DNA of 33,727 nucleotides from Candidatus Asgardarchaeum abyssi (lineage in GTDB: Archaea > Asgardarchaeota > Asgardarchaeia > Asgardarchaeales > Asgardarchaeaceae). The stretch covers positions 1 through 33,727 of the forward strand of contig JBECUL010000022.1 in assembly GCA_040225955.1 (NCBI GenBank), in the 5' to 3' direction. The notes below the pieces were generated by a model. It was given only the letters and a program-made list of their open reading frames with translations. It was not told the origin of the DNA and did not search any database. A program made the position numbers and the translations under genes. Below are positions 1-9,987 of this stretch, piece by piece; position 1 is the stretch's first letter, and every line of letters starts with the position of its first letter.

Positions 1-201
1 ATCGGCGGTGAAGAGGATGTTTGGTGAGACGGTGCGGGCACACAAGTGGGACCAGATGGTCAAGGAGGTGATATTCCGTTTCATATTTTATAACGTTGTT
101 ATATCGATATGAAAAGTTGTTGATGTGAGGCTCGTGGGAACCTGAGTTGAGTTCAAGTGTGAAGTCATCTCAGACTCAAACTTTATTTGTTCAACAAAGC
201 A
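1..201 (+). mobile_element. IS5-family insertion sequence, right-hand end (truncated by window edge)
   Basis: Frame starting at nt 2 reads SAVKRMFGETVRAHKWDQMVKEVIFRFIFYNVVISI* (stop 110-112), typical of archaeal IS5-type transposase C-termini. It is followed by a terminal repeat TTGTTCAACAAAGCA ending at 201, also found at 17424-17438. GC is higher than in the flanks. Confidence 0.85.
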
Positions 202-464
202 GTTTCTATGGTAACATTCGAAAATGGGTGATTTATAAGTGATTTACCATGAGCCTTCAACTCCTAAGTGCTAAAACGGTGTTATACCACCTATTCTCAG
301 ATGTTACCCTATTAATAAATTAATAAAGCACTTAATGCTTTTTGTACGTAGAAAACTCTATGCTCCGAAAAAAGAAAAAAATATATATTGCTCAGACAAA
401 TTCGAGATAGCATTCACTTAGAAAATCATAGTGACTTGTTTAAAGACAATAATTGGTGATTTAA

Positions 465-920
465 ATGCCAACAGTCTATGATGTTCCAGCAAGTAAACTG
501 ATAGAGCGCGTAGCTAAGGAACTTAAGAAAATGCCAGAAATAAAGCCCCCTGAATGGGCAAAATTTGTTAAAACAGGAATTCATAAGGAGCGTGCTCCTG
601 AACAACCGGACTGGTGGTATATTAGATGCGCGTCTATTCTTAGAAAAATATACATTCATGGTCCAGTAGGTATAAGTAGACTTAGGGTTGCATATGGAGG
701 GCGACAAAAACGTGGATTTGCGCCGGAGCATTTTAGGAGGGGGAGCGGTTCGATTATTCGTAAAGCTCTTCAGCAACTAGAAAAAGCAGGACTTATTGAA
801 AAAACTAATCGAGAGGGGCGTATTATTTCACGTAAAGGTCGTAGTTTCTTAGATCGTATAGCCTATGATATATTTAAGGGGATGGCTAAAGAGAGATCAG
901 AACTTCAAAAATATCTCTAA
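465..920 (+). CDS. rps19e: 30S ribosomal protein S19e
   Basis: [50 protein letters not shown] motifs; SD-like GGTGA upstream. Confidence 0.98.
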   Translation: MPTVYDVPASKLIERVAKELKKMPEIKPPEWAKFVKTGIHKERAPEQPDWWYIRCASILRKIYIHGPVGISRLRVAYGGRQKRGFAPEHFRRGSGSIIRKALQQLEKAGLIEKTNREGRIISRKGRSFLDRIAYDIFKGMAKERSELQKYL

Positions 921-1014
921 TCTGTATCTTGTAAATTTATGATATTATATAGTAACTTAATATAAGAAATAAGATATATGGATAGTTTATGAATAGATTA
1001 TTGAGTGACCAAAA

Positions 1015-1356
1015 ATGAGTGACAAGGAATTAGCAGAGTTAAGAAAAAGAAAAATGATGGAACTTCAGAGGCAGTTAATAGAGTCGCAGATTAGAGCTCA
1101 GCAAGAAGAACAAGCTAGACTAGAATTTGAACGACAAAAAGAAGCAATATTGCGCAGAATTCTTACATCCGAAGCTAGGAGTAGGCTTGCTAATTTGAAA
1201 ATAGTTAAACCAGAACTTGTAGAGCAAGTAGAATTACAATTGATACAATTAGCTCAAGCTGGTAGGTTACCAACTCCAATAACAGATGATCAGTTAAAGG
1301 CTATTTTAAAAAGGATAGCTTCCTCTAAGAGAGAGCCAAGAATTATTTTTAAGTAG
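1015..1356 (+). CDS. PDCD5/TFAR19-family DNA-binding protein
   Basis: DxELxELRKRKMxELQ, ILTSEARSRLANLKIVKPE, QLIQLAQAGR..ITDDQLK motifs; conserved position after rps19e. Confidence 0.95.
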   Translation: MSDKELAELRKRKMMELQRQLIESQIRAQQEEQARLEFERQKEAILRRILTSEARSRLANLKIVKPELVEQVELQLIQLAQAGRLPTPITDDQLKAILKRIASSKREPRIIFK

Positions 1357-1367
1357 AGGTGTTTAAA

Positions 1368-1523
1368 ATGGCACGAAACAAACCATTAGGTAAAAAATTA
1401 AGGCTTGCTAGAGCAGGACGTTTAGCAAGAGCGGTTCCAACATGGATTATTGCAAAAACTAGAGGAAGAGTTAGAACAAGTAATAAAAGAAGGCGATGGC
1501 GCCAACAAAGAATCAAACCGTGA
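1368..1523 (+). CDS. rpl39e: 50S ribosomal protein L39e (missing from ORF track)
   Basis: Manual translation MARNKPLGKKLRLARAGRLARAVPTWIIAKTRGRVRTSNKRRRWRQQRIKP* (51 aa); SD GAGGTG upstream; canonical position before rpl31e. Confidence 0.97.
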   Translation: MARNKPLGKKLRLARAGRLARAVPTWIIAKTRGRVRTSNKRRRWRQQRIKP

Positions 1524-1533
1524 GGTGAATTAA

Positions 1534-1845
1534 ATGTCAAAAGAGGATAAATCTAAACCAGCTGCCGAAATGATTGGCGAGGAAGAAGAAGCTCAAATTG
1601 TAGAGGAGCGGATATATACCGTTCCCCTTCAAGATGTAATATATAAACCAAAATACATGCGGGCTGAAAAGGCTATACGAATTCTCCGAAAATTTGTAAC
1701 TAGACATATGAAACCAGAAGTTCTCATAATAGATCCTAAAGTTAATGAAGCCATATGGGCGAGAGGCATAAAAAATCCCCCTAGGAGAATAAAAATCCGT
1801 GCAACCAAAGACTCAGAGGGCGTGGTCAAGGTTTACTTAGCATAA
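1534..1845 (+). CDS. rpl31e: 50S ribosomal protein L31e
   Basis: ERIYTVPL, RAEKAIRILRKFVTRHMK, VNEAIWARGIKNPPRRIKIR motifs. Confidence 0.97.
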   Translation: MSKEDKSKPAAEMIGEEEEAQIVEERIYTVPLQDVIYKPKYMRAEKAIRILRKFVTRHMKPEVLIIDPKVNEAIWARGIKNPPRRIKIRATKDSEGVVKVYLA

Positions 1846-1903
1846 CTATTCATGACTTTTATCATTATTTTTATCAATAACACTACAATGGAGATGATAC
1901 ACT

Positions 1904-2587
1904 TTGTCAATTACAAAACTAAGCTTTGGAACCAATCCATACATAGGTGCTTATCTTAGGGCTACTGACAAATACGTGTTAGCTCCTCCTGAAATAAAAC
2001 CTAGTGCTATAGAGTTAATTGCAAAAACTCTAAAAGTGCCTGTTATAAAAGTGCACATTGGTAATTCATCATTATTAGGGGTATTCACAGCAGCCAATTC
2101 TAATGGTCTAATATTGCCCGATTTCGCCACTGATGACGATATAAAAATGTTGAAAAGAGAACTACCTGACGACATAAACATTATTCAATTGCCAACCAAA
2201 TATAACGCAATAGGTAATCTTATTATCACTAATGATCATGGTGCTATTTGTAGTCCAGTTTTTGATGATTCAATTTTAAAATTAATAGAAGACGCTCTTA
2301 ATGTCGAGATAATTCGTAAGAGAATAGTCTCTTCCGATATTGTAGGAACAATTGGTGTTGCGACAAATAAAGGAGCCCTTTTTCACCCTCTAACTACAGA
2401 TGATGAGTTAGAGTTAATAAGTAATGTTTTGCATGTTCCCGTAGATATAGGAACCGTGAATTTAGGTTCTCCTTATATCGCAATAGGTCTCGTTGCAAAT
2501 TCAAATGGGGCTCTTGTTGGATCGGAAACTACAGGTCCTGAAATTGTAAAAATATCGCATGCACTTAATATTGTTGAAACTGAATAA
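1904..2587 (+). CDS. eif6: translation initiation factor 6 (aIF6)
   Basis: Five-fold repeat with NSNG/NDHG/NKG, AIGNLI, GTVNLGSPYI, GSETTGPE; TTG start. Confidence 0.96.
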   Translation: MSITKLSFGTNPYIGAYLRATDKYVLAPPEIKPSAIELIAKTLKVPVIKVHIGNSSLLGVFTAANSNGLILPDFATDDDIKMLKRELPDDINIIQLPTKYNAIGNLIITNDHGAICSPVFDDSILKLIEDALNVEIIRKRIVSSDIVGTIGVATNKGALFHPLTTDDELELISNVLHVPVDIGTVNLGSPYIAIGLVANSNGALVGSETTGPEIVKISHALNIVETE

Positions 2588-2836
2588 ATGGTGGTCGTTA
2601 TGGGTGAGGTAAAAAATTATCGAATTTCTGGAAAATTCAAGAAAGGGAAAATTGTATATAAGTTTACAAAGTATGTCAGGGCTCTTAAAGAGGAGCAAGC
2701 CGTTGAGTTAGTTTACTCTATTATTGGAGGTAATCATAAAGTAAATCGTAGATTAATAAAGATTGAAAAAATCGAGGAAATACCACCCGACGAAATTAAA
2801 GATCCAGTAATCGCTTTTATTGCGGGGGTTGAATGA
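2588..2836 (+). CDS. rpl18a: 50S ribosomal protein L18a/LX (eL20); start may be ATG 2600
   Basis: YRISG..F.K.VRA..E.QA.E.VYS.IGGNHKVNRR.IKIE.IEEI pattern; conserved position between eif6 and pfdA. Confidence 0.93.
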   Translation: MVVVMGEVKNYRISGKFKKGKIVYKFTKYVRALKEEQAVELVYSIIGGNHKVNRRLIKIEKIEEIPPDEIKDPVIAFIAGVE

Positions 2837-2837
2837 C

Positions 2838-3287
2838 TTGAGCAAGCAACCACAATCAAGATCGGTACGAGCTAAGATAGGTGAAATATTATATCTAATG
2901 CAAATATATGAGGCTCAAGCTAGGTCATTAAATGAGCAGCTAAATTTAATAAATCTAAAGCTTGAAGAGCTAAAGTCAGCTAAAGCATTTCTTGATTCAT
3001 TAAAGACTATTGATGTTAATACCGAGCTTCTTTTCCCGATAGGCGGTGGTGTTTTCGTAAAAGGCAGAATCTCTAACAAAGAATACGTTTTAATGGACAT
3101 AGGAGCTAATGTTATTGTGAAAAGAGCAGTTTCAGAATCGACAGATGCTGTTAATAATAATATTATAAATTTAGAAGATGCGAAAACTAAGATAGAAGGG
3201 CAATTAGCTCAGGTAATTCAAAAATATAATGAACTACAAAAGCTTCTCGAAAGATATAGTGAATCGATGGAGGAGGCTCGCAAATAA
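2838..3287 (+). CDS. pfdA: prefoldin subunit alpha (TTG 2838 preferred over 2820)
   Basis: Coiled coils flanking ELLFPIGGGVFVKG and VLMDIGANV hairpins; synteny. Confidence 0.93.
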   Translation: MSKQPQSRSVRAKIGEILYLMQIYEAQARSLNEQLNLINLKLEELKSAKAFLDSLKTIDVNTELLFPIGGGVFVKGRISNKEYVLMDIGANVIVKRAVSESTDAVNNNIINLEDAKTKIEGQLAQVIQKYNELQKLLERYSESMEEARK

Positions 3288-4196
3288 TTGTTTGAGAAAT
3301 TAAAATCTGCAATTGCTCAATCGTTAGAGAAATTATCAAAAAAGGTAATTTCTGAAAAGGATTTAGAAGATATTCTATGGGAACTACAATTAATGTTAGT
3401 TCAAAATGATGTTGCTTACGATGCTGCTGAAAAAATAATTAGCGATGTCAAAGATAGATTAATAGGTATAAAAGTAAGTAGATTCGGTAATGTTAAAGAG
3501 CTTGCAATGGAAGCACTTCGAGATGCCATTAGTTCTATAATAACGATACCCGATATGAATATAGACGTTATTAATTTAATCGAAGAGAAAAGAAAAAAAG
3601 GTGAGCCAGCAGTACTGCTTTTTGTTGGAATAAATGGTACTGGAAAAACAACCACAATCGCGAAATTGGCTTATTATCTTAGGAAGAAAGGTTATCGTGT
3701 AGTACTGGCAGCAGCCGATACATTTCGTGCGGGGAGTATTGAACAACTAAAAATTCATGCTGATAAGCTAAACCTAAGAGTTATAAGCCATAAATATGGT
3801 TCAGATGCTGCTGCCGTAGCATACGATGCAATAGAGCATGCTAAAGCAAGAAATATCGATGTGGTCTTGATAGATACCGCTGGTAGGATGCAAACCGATA
3901 GAAATCTGATGGACGAAGTCAGCAAAATTAAGCGCATAGCAAATCCTGACTTAACAATACTTATCGTTGACTCACTAACAGGAAATGATGCGGTTCAGCA
4001 AGCCATAACTTTTAATAATTACATAGGTGTTGATGCTATAATATTAACTAAGACTGATGCCGATGAAAAAGGTGGAACCGCTATTAGCGTAGTATATTCA
4101 ATTAAAAAACCAATAATATTTATCGGTACAGGTCAGAAATATGAGGATCTAGCAGAGTTTAATCCAAAATTTTATTTAGAAAGGATTCTTCCTTGA
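3288..4196 (+). CDS. ftsY: signal recognition particle receptor FtsY
   Basis: GINGTGKTTTIAKLA, DTFRAG, DTAGR, TKTDAD.KGG, GTGQ.Y.DL SRP-GTPase motifs; no long acidic N-domain. Confidence 0.97.
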   Translation: MFEKLKSAIAQSLEKLSKKVISEKDLEDILWELQLMLVQNDVAYDAAEKIISDVKDRLIGIKVSRFGNVKELAMEALRDAISSIITIPDMNIDVINLIEEKRKKGEPAVLLFVGINGTGKTTTIAKLAYYLRKKGYRVVLAAADTFRAGSIEQLKIHADKLNLRVISHKYGSDAAAVAYDAIEHAKARNIDVVLIDTAGRMQTDRNLMDEVSKIKRIANPDLTILIVDSLTGNDAVQQAITFNNYIGVDAIILTKTDADEKGGTAISVVYSIKKPIIFIGTGQKYEDLAEFNPKFYLERILP

Positions 4197-4232
4197 TGGA
4201 GAAAAAGCAATCAAAATTAAGCGGGTGGTTTT

Positions 4233-5105
4233 TTGATTGCAGTTATTTTCTCAGAAAAGGATATTGCTAGTTTAAATATTAAAGAAAGACTGCGTGAATT
4301 AGGATATCTTAAAGATGCAATCGGTAAATTAGATAATAATCTCGCCTATAGATTTAAGGATATTCTTTTTGTAACAATAAAGAAGGATTTAATTTATGCA
4401 GATTATTTAGACGCATTACTAAAGGATTATCAAATAAGTTTATACATATTTGCTAGTAGACATAAATCAGAATCAGAAATACCTGCATTATTAACGCATA
4501 CTACTGGAAATTGGACCGATAAAGCCCTTTTCGGAGGCTCACCCAACTCTCTTGCTATTGCTCCAGCTATAGCGTTAAAATATGCATATCAAAGATTAAA
4601 TTATTATGTGGATGAATACAAGCTTAGAGACAAGTTTATGGTGTCGTATGAAGTATCTCATCATGGGCCTACAAACCTTTCAATACCCTTAATTTTCATT
4701 GAGTTGGGTAGTAGCCCTGAAAATTGGAGAGATGAAAAAGGTGCTACTGTTTTAGCTAATACAATAATAGATTTAGCAGAAAATTATAACACCTTACTAA
4801 ATTCTGATTTTGAAATTGCAATAGGGTTTGGTGGTTCTCATTACTGCCCATCTTTTAGTAACTTGATTTTAAATAGCCCATACGCTTTTGGGCATATAGC
4901 ACCAAAATATGCTTTTGATGCTGGCATGAAACCTGAGATGATAATACAGGCTTACCATCGAACATATCCAAAACCAAAATATGCAATACTAGACTGGAAG
5001 GGTCTAAAGAAAGAATATAGAGACATTGTCATTTCAAAAGCGGAAGAATTAGGATTAACAGTTAAAAAAACAAAAGAAATAGAAAAAGATAGATCATGTC
5101 AATGA
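4233..5105 (+). CDS. dtdA: D-aminoacyl-tRNA deacylase (DTD2/GEK1 type)
   Basis: FASRHKS, LLTHTTGN, EVSHHGP, FIELGS, GFGGSHY, HIAPKY, DWKG motifs. Confidence 0.93.
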   Translation: MIAVIFSEKDIASLNIKERLRELGYLKDAIGKLDNNLAYRFKDILFVTIKKDLIYADYLDALLKDYQISLYIFASRHKSESEIPALLTHTTGNWTDKALFGGSPNSLAIAPAIALKYAYQRLNYYVDEYKLRDKFMVSYEVSHHGPTNLSIPLIFIELGSSPENWRDEKGATVLANTIIDLAENYNTLLNSDFEIAIGFGGSHYCPSFSNLILNSPYAFGHIAPKYAFDAGMKPEMIIQAYHRTYPKPKYAILDWKGLKKEYRDIVISKAEELGLTVKKTKEIEKDRSCQ

Positions 5106-6038
5106 TATTTTAAGCCTTTTTACCAATTCCTTATATCGGTTTCTTACAGTTACTTCTGTTACGTGAGCCACTTCAGCAATCTCTCTCTGAGTTCTTTTCT
5201 CTCCAGTTAATAAACCAGCAATATAAATAGCTGCTGCTGCTAATCCAGTAGGATCCTTGCCTGCAGTAATTCTTGCTTTTTTTGCTTCCTGTAATATTTC
5301 GATTGCTTTTTCTAATGTTTTCCCACTTAATTTTAGCTCTTGCCCAAATTTAGGAATAAAATCTATTGGATTTGCAATAGGTATCTTCAAACTAAGCTTA
5401 CGTAATATCAGCCTATAACAGCGACCCAATTCCTTTCTATTTACTCTAGATTGAGATGCTATTTCAATTAATGTTCTTGGCACCTTTCTTAATCTACATG
5501 CTGCATAAACAGCTGCAGCAATCATGGCCTCGATGGAACGTCCCCTAATTAATCTTTGTTCTATTGTTTTCCTATAAATCATCGCAGCGTCTTCTTGGAC
5601 ATTTTTTGGGACTCCAAGCTGACTAGCAAGTCTATCTAATTCAGCCATAGCAACAGCTAAATTTCTTTCTATTGAGCTATATACTCTACTTCTAGTTTGC
5701 CATTTCCTAAGCCTATAGATCTGAGCCCTTTTAGAGGGCGTTAGTTTTTTCCCATAAGCATCTTTATCTCGCCAATCAATAATGGTTGATAATCCTTTAT
5801 CATGAACAGTAAGCGTAATAGGTGATCCTACTCTACTTCTAGCTTCCTTCTCATCTGGAGTAAAAGCTCTCCACTCAGGACCTTGATCAATTAAATGTTC
5901 ACTAATAACAAGTCCACAATCAGCACAAACAAGCTCTCCATGCTTGGGATCTCTAATAATATTTGTACTGCCACACTCAGGGCATCTTAAAACATCTCTT
6001 TTCTCAAATTTGTTCTCATTCATATAATCTTCCTCCAT
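5094..6038 (-). CDS. tfb: transcription initiation factor IIB (TFB)
   Basis: Zn ribbon CPECG..CADCG, B-reader GPEWRAF, two cyclin repeats (RGRSIE, GKDPTGLAAAAIY, TEVTVRNRYKEL). Confidence 0.98.
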   Translation of the reverse strand: MEEDYMNENKFEKRDVLRCPECGSTNIIRDPKHGELVCADCGLVISEHLIDQGPEWRAFTPDEKEARSRVGSPITLTVHDKGLSTIIDWRDKDAYGKKLTPSKRAQIYRLRKWQTRSRVYSSIERNLAVAMAELDRLASQLGVPKNVQEDAAMIYRKTIEQRLIRGRSIEAMIAAAVYAACRLRKVPRTLIEIASQSRVNRKELGRCYRLILRKLSLKIPIANPIDFIPKFGQELKLSGKTLEKAIEILQEAKKARITAGKDPTGLAAAAIYIAGLLTGEKRTQREIAEVAHVTEVTVRNRYKELVKRLKISLT

Positions 6039-6097
6039 AATAATATACGCAACCCTAATAACTTATTATATTACGAAAAAGCCGCCTTTCTTATTGC

Positions 6098-6138
6098 CTT
6101 TTAAATTTTTCGGAGATAATAATACTTAAATATTTCGG
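6098..6138 (-). promoter_or_regulatory. two tandem BRE-TATA elements upstream of tfb
   Basis: Minus strand CCGAAATATTTAAGTA (6138-6123) and CCGAAAAATTTAAAAG (6113-6098), both fitting the archaeal BRE+TATA consensus, 25 bp apart. Confidence 0.55.
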
Positions 6139-6201
6139 AAATTTTATAAAATCCTTGTCCTTTTTTTTATTTAAATACTATAAAAAACTATAATAGTATG
6201 G

Positions 6202-6606
6202 CTAAGATAAAATATGAGCTATTTTCTTAGTGGCGCGTTTCATTGTCAGAAATAATAATCCTAAGTTTGTGGTTTCCTTTGTGAGTACTGCTAAAATTGC
6301 TCTCTCTCCAGCGCTCATAAGAACAAGAGCGCCATTTTTTCCATCAACTAGAATTTTATCTATTTCTCCCTTTTTAAACTCATTCATTGCACGTTTACTC
6401 ACACTTAGAATAGTTGCTGTCATAGCTGCTAGTTCTGTCTCTTTTTCTTCTTTCTTGTCTTCAGGTATTATCTTAATAGGGAGTAAGGCGCTTATTGGTA
6501 ATCCGTCTTCAGTCACTATAACACTCGCTTCTATCCTGTCTCCCAATGCTTTATTGATCTCTTGAAGAATATCAAGTAGCAACTGACTTTTACCTTTTGT
6601 AGCCAT
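6202..6606 (-). CDS. Roadblock/LC7 (MglB-like) domain protein
   Basis: IEASVIVTEDGLPISA, LAAMTATILS, ILVDGKNG.LVL, NLGLLFL.MKR Roadblock pattern. Confidence 0.92.
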   Translation of the reverse strand: MATKGKSQLLLDILQEINKALGDRIEASVIVTEDGLPISALLPIKIIPEDKKEEKETELAAMTATILSVSKRAMNEFKKGEIDKILVDGKNGALVLMSAGERAILAVLTKETTNLGLLFLTMKRATKKIAHILS

Positions 6607-6791
6607 TTAACTCACATCCAGCATAGTATCATAGTTTCTAATATTCTGAGTAAGAATATTAATATAATTTTTTATTCAGTAAAGTAAATTAAATAATGAA
6701 TTAATATTAACCTTACAAATCGTTTTTTACAGTTGCTTATTAATAAAGATTTATTTCACAGTAAAATCAATAATAAGTGAGGAGTAGGAAT

Positions 6792-7157
6792 ATGTACTTT
6801 AGTGCGGGGGATAGTAAAGAAAATAACCCGTTGGATCCAAAGCGATTAGCGGATTTAAAATTTTACTTAGAGATAACGCCTATTCATCTCAAAATATTTG
6901 AGGCACTTCTAGATTGCGATTGGCACGAAGTTGAGGACATATTTAGGGTTGTCAGTGAAAATAGTTTAACGGTCACTAGAACAATGATCGGTATCATTTT
7001 GGGAGAGCTTCAGAATATCCTAACCTCTGATCTCCTAGAAAGTAAATTTGGATCGGAAACCTATTCTTGGCGTCTTAATCCAACGTTTAAAGATTTTTTT
7101 CAGAAAATAGCTAAAGAAGTTTCTAATAATATTGTGACTACTAAACGAAAATTCTAA
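6792..7157 (+). CDS. hypothetical protein, possible winged-helix domain
   Basis: ATG 6792 after GAGGAG; helix-helix-helix plus terminal hairpin pattern (KIFEALL..WHEVEDI..TRTMIG..L..L...LLES....YSWRLNP) resembles a wHTH by eye. Confidence 0.6.
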   Translation: MYFSAGDSKENNPLDPKRLADLKFYLEITPIHLKIFEALLDCDWHEVEDIFRVVSENSLTVTRTMIGIILGELQNILTSDLLESKFGSETYSWRLNPTFKDFFQKIAKEVSNNIVTTKRKF

Positions 7158-7272
7158 CATAAACATCATAAATCATAAAAGTGATAGCTGTATTCTCTTA
7201 TCGGTATACTAGCTGTTTTTTAGTTTTGCAGCACTATATGGTTATTATTTTGACAAAAAAAGGTGATTACCT

Positions 7273-8045
7273 ATGATTGAGATACATTCATGAGACATGT
7301 CCTACGAGCTTAAAACTTCTAATAAAACTTCAAAATCGGGGATTATTAGATGACGTAAAAATCATTAGCGTCTCCTAACATTCATTTTTGGCAATTGATA
7401 AAGGGGTCTTATCAGTTCCAGCCATATTTGTTAATGGAATAATGACAGCCTCCGGTATTATCGATTTTGATAGTTTAAATGATCTTCTAAAGTATCCACC
7501 TGAAGTTCAACGTAGCGTTTCATTTAATCTCAATGAGCTTACAGTTAAGTTATTAAGAGGCATTCTGGATAATTTAGTAACCACAATATGGTTTTATTTT
7601 AGTGAGGACATCGCAGTATTTCTTGAGTATTTTAAATTTATAAACGCTTTTCTCCAACTTTATGACCTTAGTGATAATGAGAGATGAATCATATTTAATA
7701 ATATTAAGAACCGTTTTTTCAGAAAATAGAAGCACATATTTTGAAAAATATATTCCTAAAGCTGTCATGCCAATTTCAAAACAATTTCTAAGAGAGATTT
7801 ATTGGCTTCACGAAAACCCAGTTTCTAAAGATTTCATCAAAAAGAACTATTTTCTTAATACATTTATTCACTGGGTTGTGAGTAGAGGTAGCTTTGGTAG
7901 GGTAGGATTAACCTCAACTTATCTAAAAGATAAGGTTAAATTTGAGAAAGCAAGGGTTGTATATGATTATATGTTAACTAATGTTGCTTTTGTAAAAGAT
8001 TTACAAAAGCAATTAAGAAAAAGTACTGGTGATACAGATGGATGA
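7273..8045 (+). pseudogene. thioredoxin/glutaredoxin-fold protein pseudogene (CxxS)
   Basis: ATG 7273 after GGTGA; frameshift near 7285, then HETCPTSLKLL..LLDDVKII, in-frame TAA 7376-7378, then GVLSVPAIFVNG (cis-Pro motif); second frameshift near 7680 joins the 7662-8045 ORF. Confidence 0.75.
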
Positions 8046-8640
8046 TGATATAAAAGAACTTGCAAAAATAGTTAAAAACATCCTTAGTAAGAGTGAAAAA
8101 CAGTCGGTTTCACATAGATGGGGGCATGTCAAGAGGGTCTATCACAATTGTTTAAAAATTGCAAAGTATTATTCAAATGTTAATTACCGGATTTTGGAGG
8201 CTGCTGCGCTCTTGCATGATATATATCAGCCATATAATGAAAAGAAAAATCATGCAGTTCTAAGTGCTCAAAAAGCCAGAGAAATATTACAATCCCTGAA
8301 TTTCAATGATGATGAAATAGATAAGATAACTCAAATAATTAAAGAGCATTCCTCAGAAAACCCTGATATAAAGCCATCCAGTATTGAAGCAAAAATACTT
8401 TTTGATGCTGATAAAATTGACGGGGTTGGTGCTGTAGGAATAGCTCGTGTTTTTGCATTTATGGGTCAGAATGGCTTTACACCTGAACAAGCAATAAGTT
8501 GGTATAAATACAAGATTGACTTAGCTCTTCCACAATTACAAACAGAGATAGGATATAAGATTGCTAAGAAAAAACTTAGTTATGTTATCAATTTTATAAA
8601 AAAATTTGAGAAAGAAAATTCTGTTAGCGATATAGTATAA
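8038..8640 (+). CDS. HD-domain phosphohydrolase (YedJ-like)
   Basis: H..HVKRV, AALLHDI, HAVLSA, IKEH, DADKIDGVGAVGIAR motifs. Confidence 0.9.
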   Translation: MDDDIKELAKIVKNILSKSEKQSVSHRWGHVKRVYHNCLKIAKYYSNVNYRILEAAALLHDIYQPYNEKKNHAVLSAQKAREILQSLNFNDDEIDKITQIIKEHSSENPDIKPSSIEAKILFDADKIDGVGAVGIARVFAFMGQNGFTPEQAISWYKYKIDLALPQLQTEIGYKIAKKKLSYVINFIKKFEKENSVSDIV

Positions 8641-8845
8641 TACCTTAAAGAATGATGAAAACAAATAGCAATTAAAGACAATGATAGATTAAGTACCTTA
8701 ATTCTTTAATAGATTATTTTATTATATCCCGTGAGATACTTTTTGTTTTTCTAATAAAATTAAAAAACGGAAAATAATCTTTTCTAATGAGAATTATAGA
8801 TATATTCTTAATAGAGATTAAAGATATTATAAGGTTGCATATAAA

Positions 8846-9979
8846 ATGATGTCCTCAAGGAGAAATTCAAAAATTATCTTTGCGGCTGGTTTTGTTCTAG
8901 GTCTATTATTAGGTATCGCTATAGGTAATATTCTTAGTTTTGCGCCCCCCTCTGAGAAAGTTATCGAATTGACAATGATTTATAGTAGCGAAAAACAAGG
9001 ATGGATAGAAGAAATAGCACCTAAGTTTTTAAAATGGTGGGAAGAAAATATTCACGAATATGATATCAAAATTATTTTTAAACCTCTTGGCTCAAAAGAG
9101 TCCCTTATAGATATCATAACTGGTTCTATTCAACCAGTCATCTGGAGTCCTGCCTCCAACATATGGATTCCAATAGCCAATTATCTATGGCAGAAGGAGT
9201 ATCCAACAAGTGAACCCTTAATAAAAGATGGTGATTGGAACTCTAGTGTTTATACGCCCATTGTAATTGCTACATGGGAGAACTTTGCTAAAGAATATAA
9301 TATTACTGGTTTTCGAAGTCTTTATAAATTAGCACTTGAAAATCCGTCAGTATTAAAGTATGCCCACACAGATCCTAATCTTTCTAACTCTGGTTTTATG
9401 GCTATTCTATTACAGCTAGTGGCAGCTACTGGTAAACCCATGAAAAATATAACATTGGCGATGTTAAAAAATGAATCAGTTAAAGAATGGTTCAGAACCT
9501 TGGAATCTACAGCTGTTTATTATGGCTCTAGTACTGGTTTTCTAGTTCGTCACACTGTCGAGATGGGTCCTGATTCCTTAAATGTAATGGTCGTATATGA
9601 AAATCTTGTTATAGAACAAAATCTGGCTGGGGAGCCTCTTGCAAGATGGGGGCAGAAACTTATTGCTATATATCCTGAGGAGGGAACAATATTAAATGAC
9701 CACCCTTTCGTAATATTAAATGCTCCTTGGGTTTCTGAGCTGCAAAGATGGGCTGCTCGAAAGTTTATTGAATATGTATTAACTGAGGATATTCAGAGAT
9801 TGGCGATGAAGCACGGTTTTAGACCTATAAATCTTAATGTATCCCTTGATTTTAAATATTTTAATGAAACATTAGGTGTGTCAATAAATATAACTGTTCC
9901 ATTTCATGAGGCACCTACTGATGTTGAGGTTTTAATACGTGCTCCTGATTTATGGACTGTTACAAAGGCTCAGGGTTAG
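8846..9979 (+). CDS. membrane-anchored extracellular solute-binding protein (SBP_bac_11-like)
   Basis: N-terminal TM anchor; YSSEK, PVIWSPAS, TPIVIA, HTDPNLSNSG, GSSTG, YEN.VI, IYP.EGT..DHP motifs. Confidence 0.85.
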   Translation: MMSSRRNSKIIFAAGFVLGLLLGIAIGNILSFAPPSEKVIELTMIYSSEKQGWIEEIAPKFLKWWEENIHEYDIKIIFKPLGSKESLIDIITGSIQPVIWSPASNIWIPIANYLWQKEYPTSEPLIKDGDWNSSVYTPIVIATWENFAKEYNITGFRSLYKLALENPSVLKYAHTDPNLSNSGFMAILLQLVAATGKPMKNITLAMLKNESVKEWFRTLESTAVYYGSSTGFLVRHTVEMGPDSLNVMVVYENLVIEQNLAGEPLARWGQKLIAIYPEEGTILNDHPFVILNAPWVSELQRWAARKFIEYVLTEDIQRLAMKHGFRPINLNVSLDFKYFNETLGVSINITVPFHEAPTDVEVLIRAPDLWTVTKAQG

Positions 9980-9987
9980 GTGTCACT

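Noticed and set aside
426-3937. Several minus-strand ORFs over the ribosomal/ftsY cluster
   Set aside because: All overlap well-supported conserved genes on the opposite strand; 1349-1540 is the shadow of rpl39e.
8038-8640. HD protein as a PhnZ-like phosphonate oxygenase or Cas3-HD
   Set aside because: Motifs fit the generic YedJ-like family; there are no phn or cas genes in the window.
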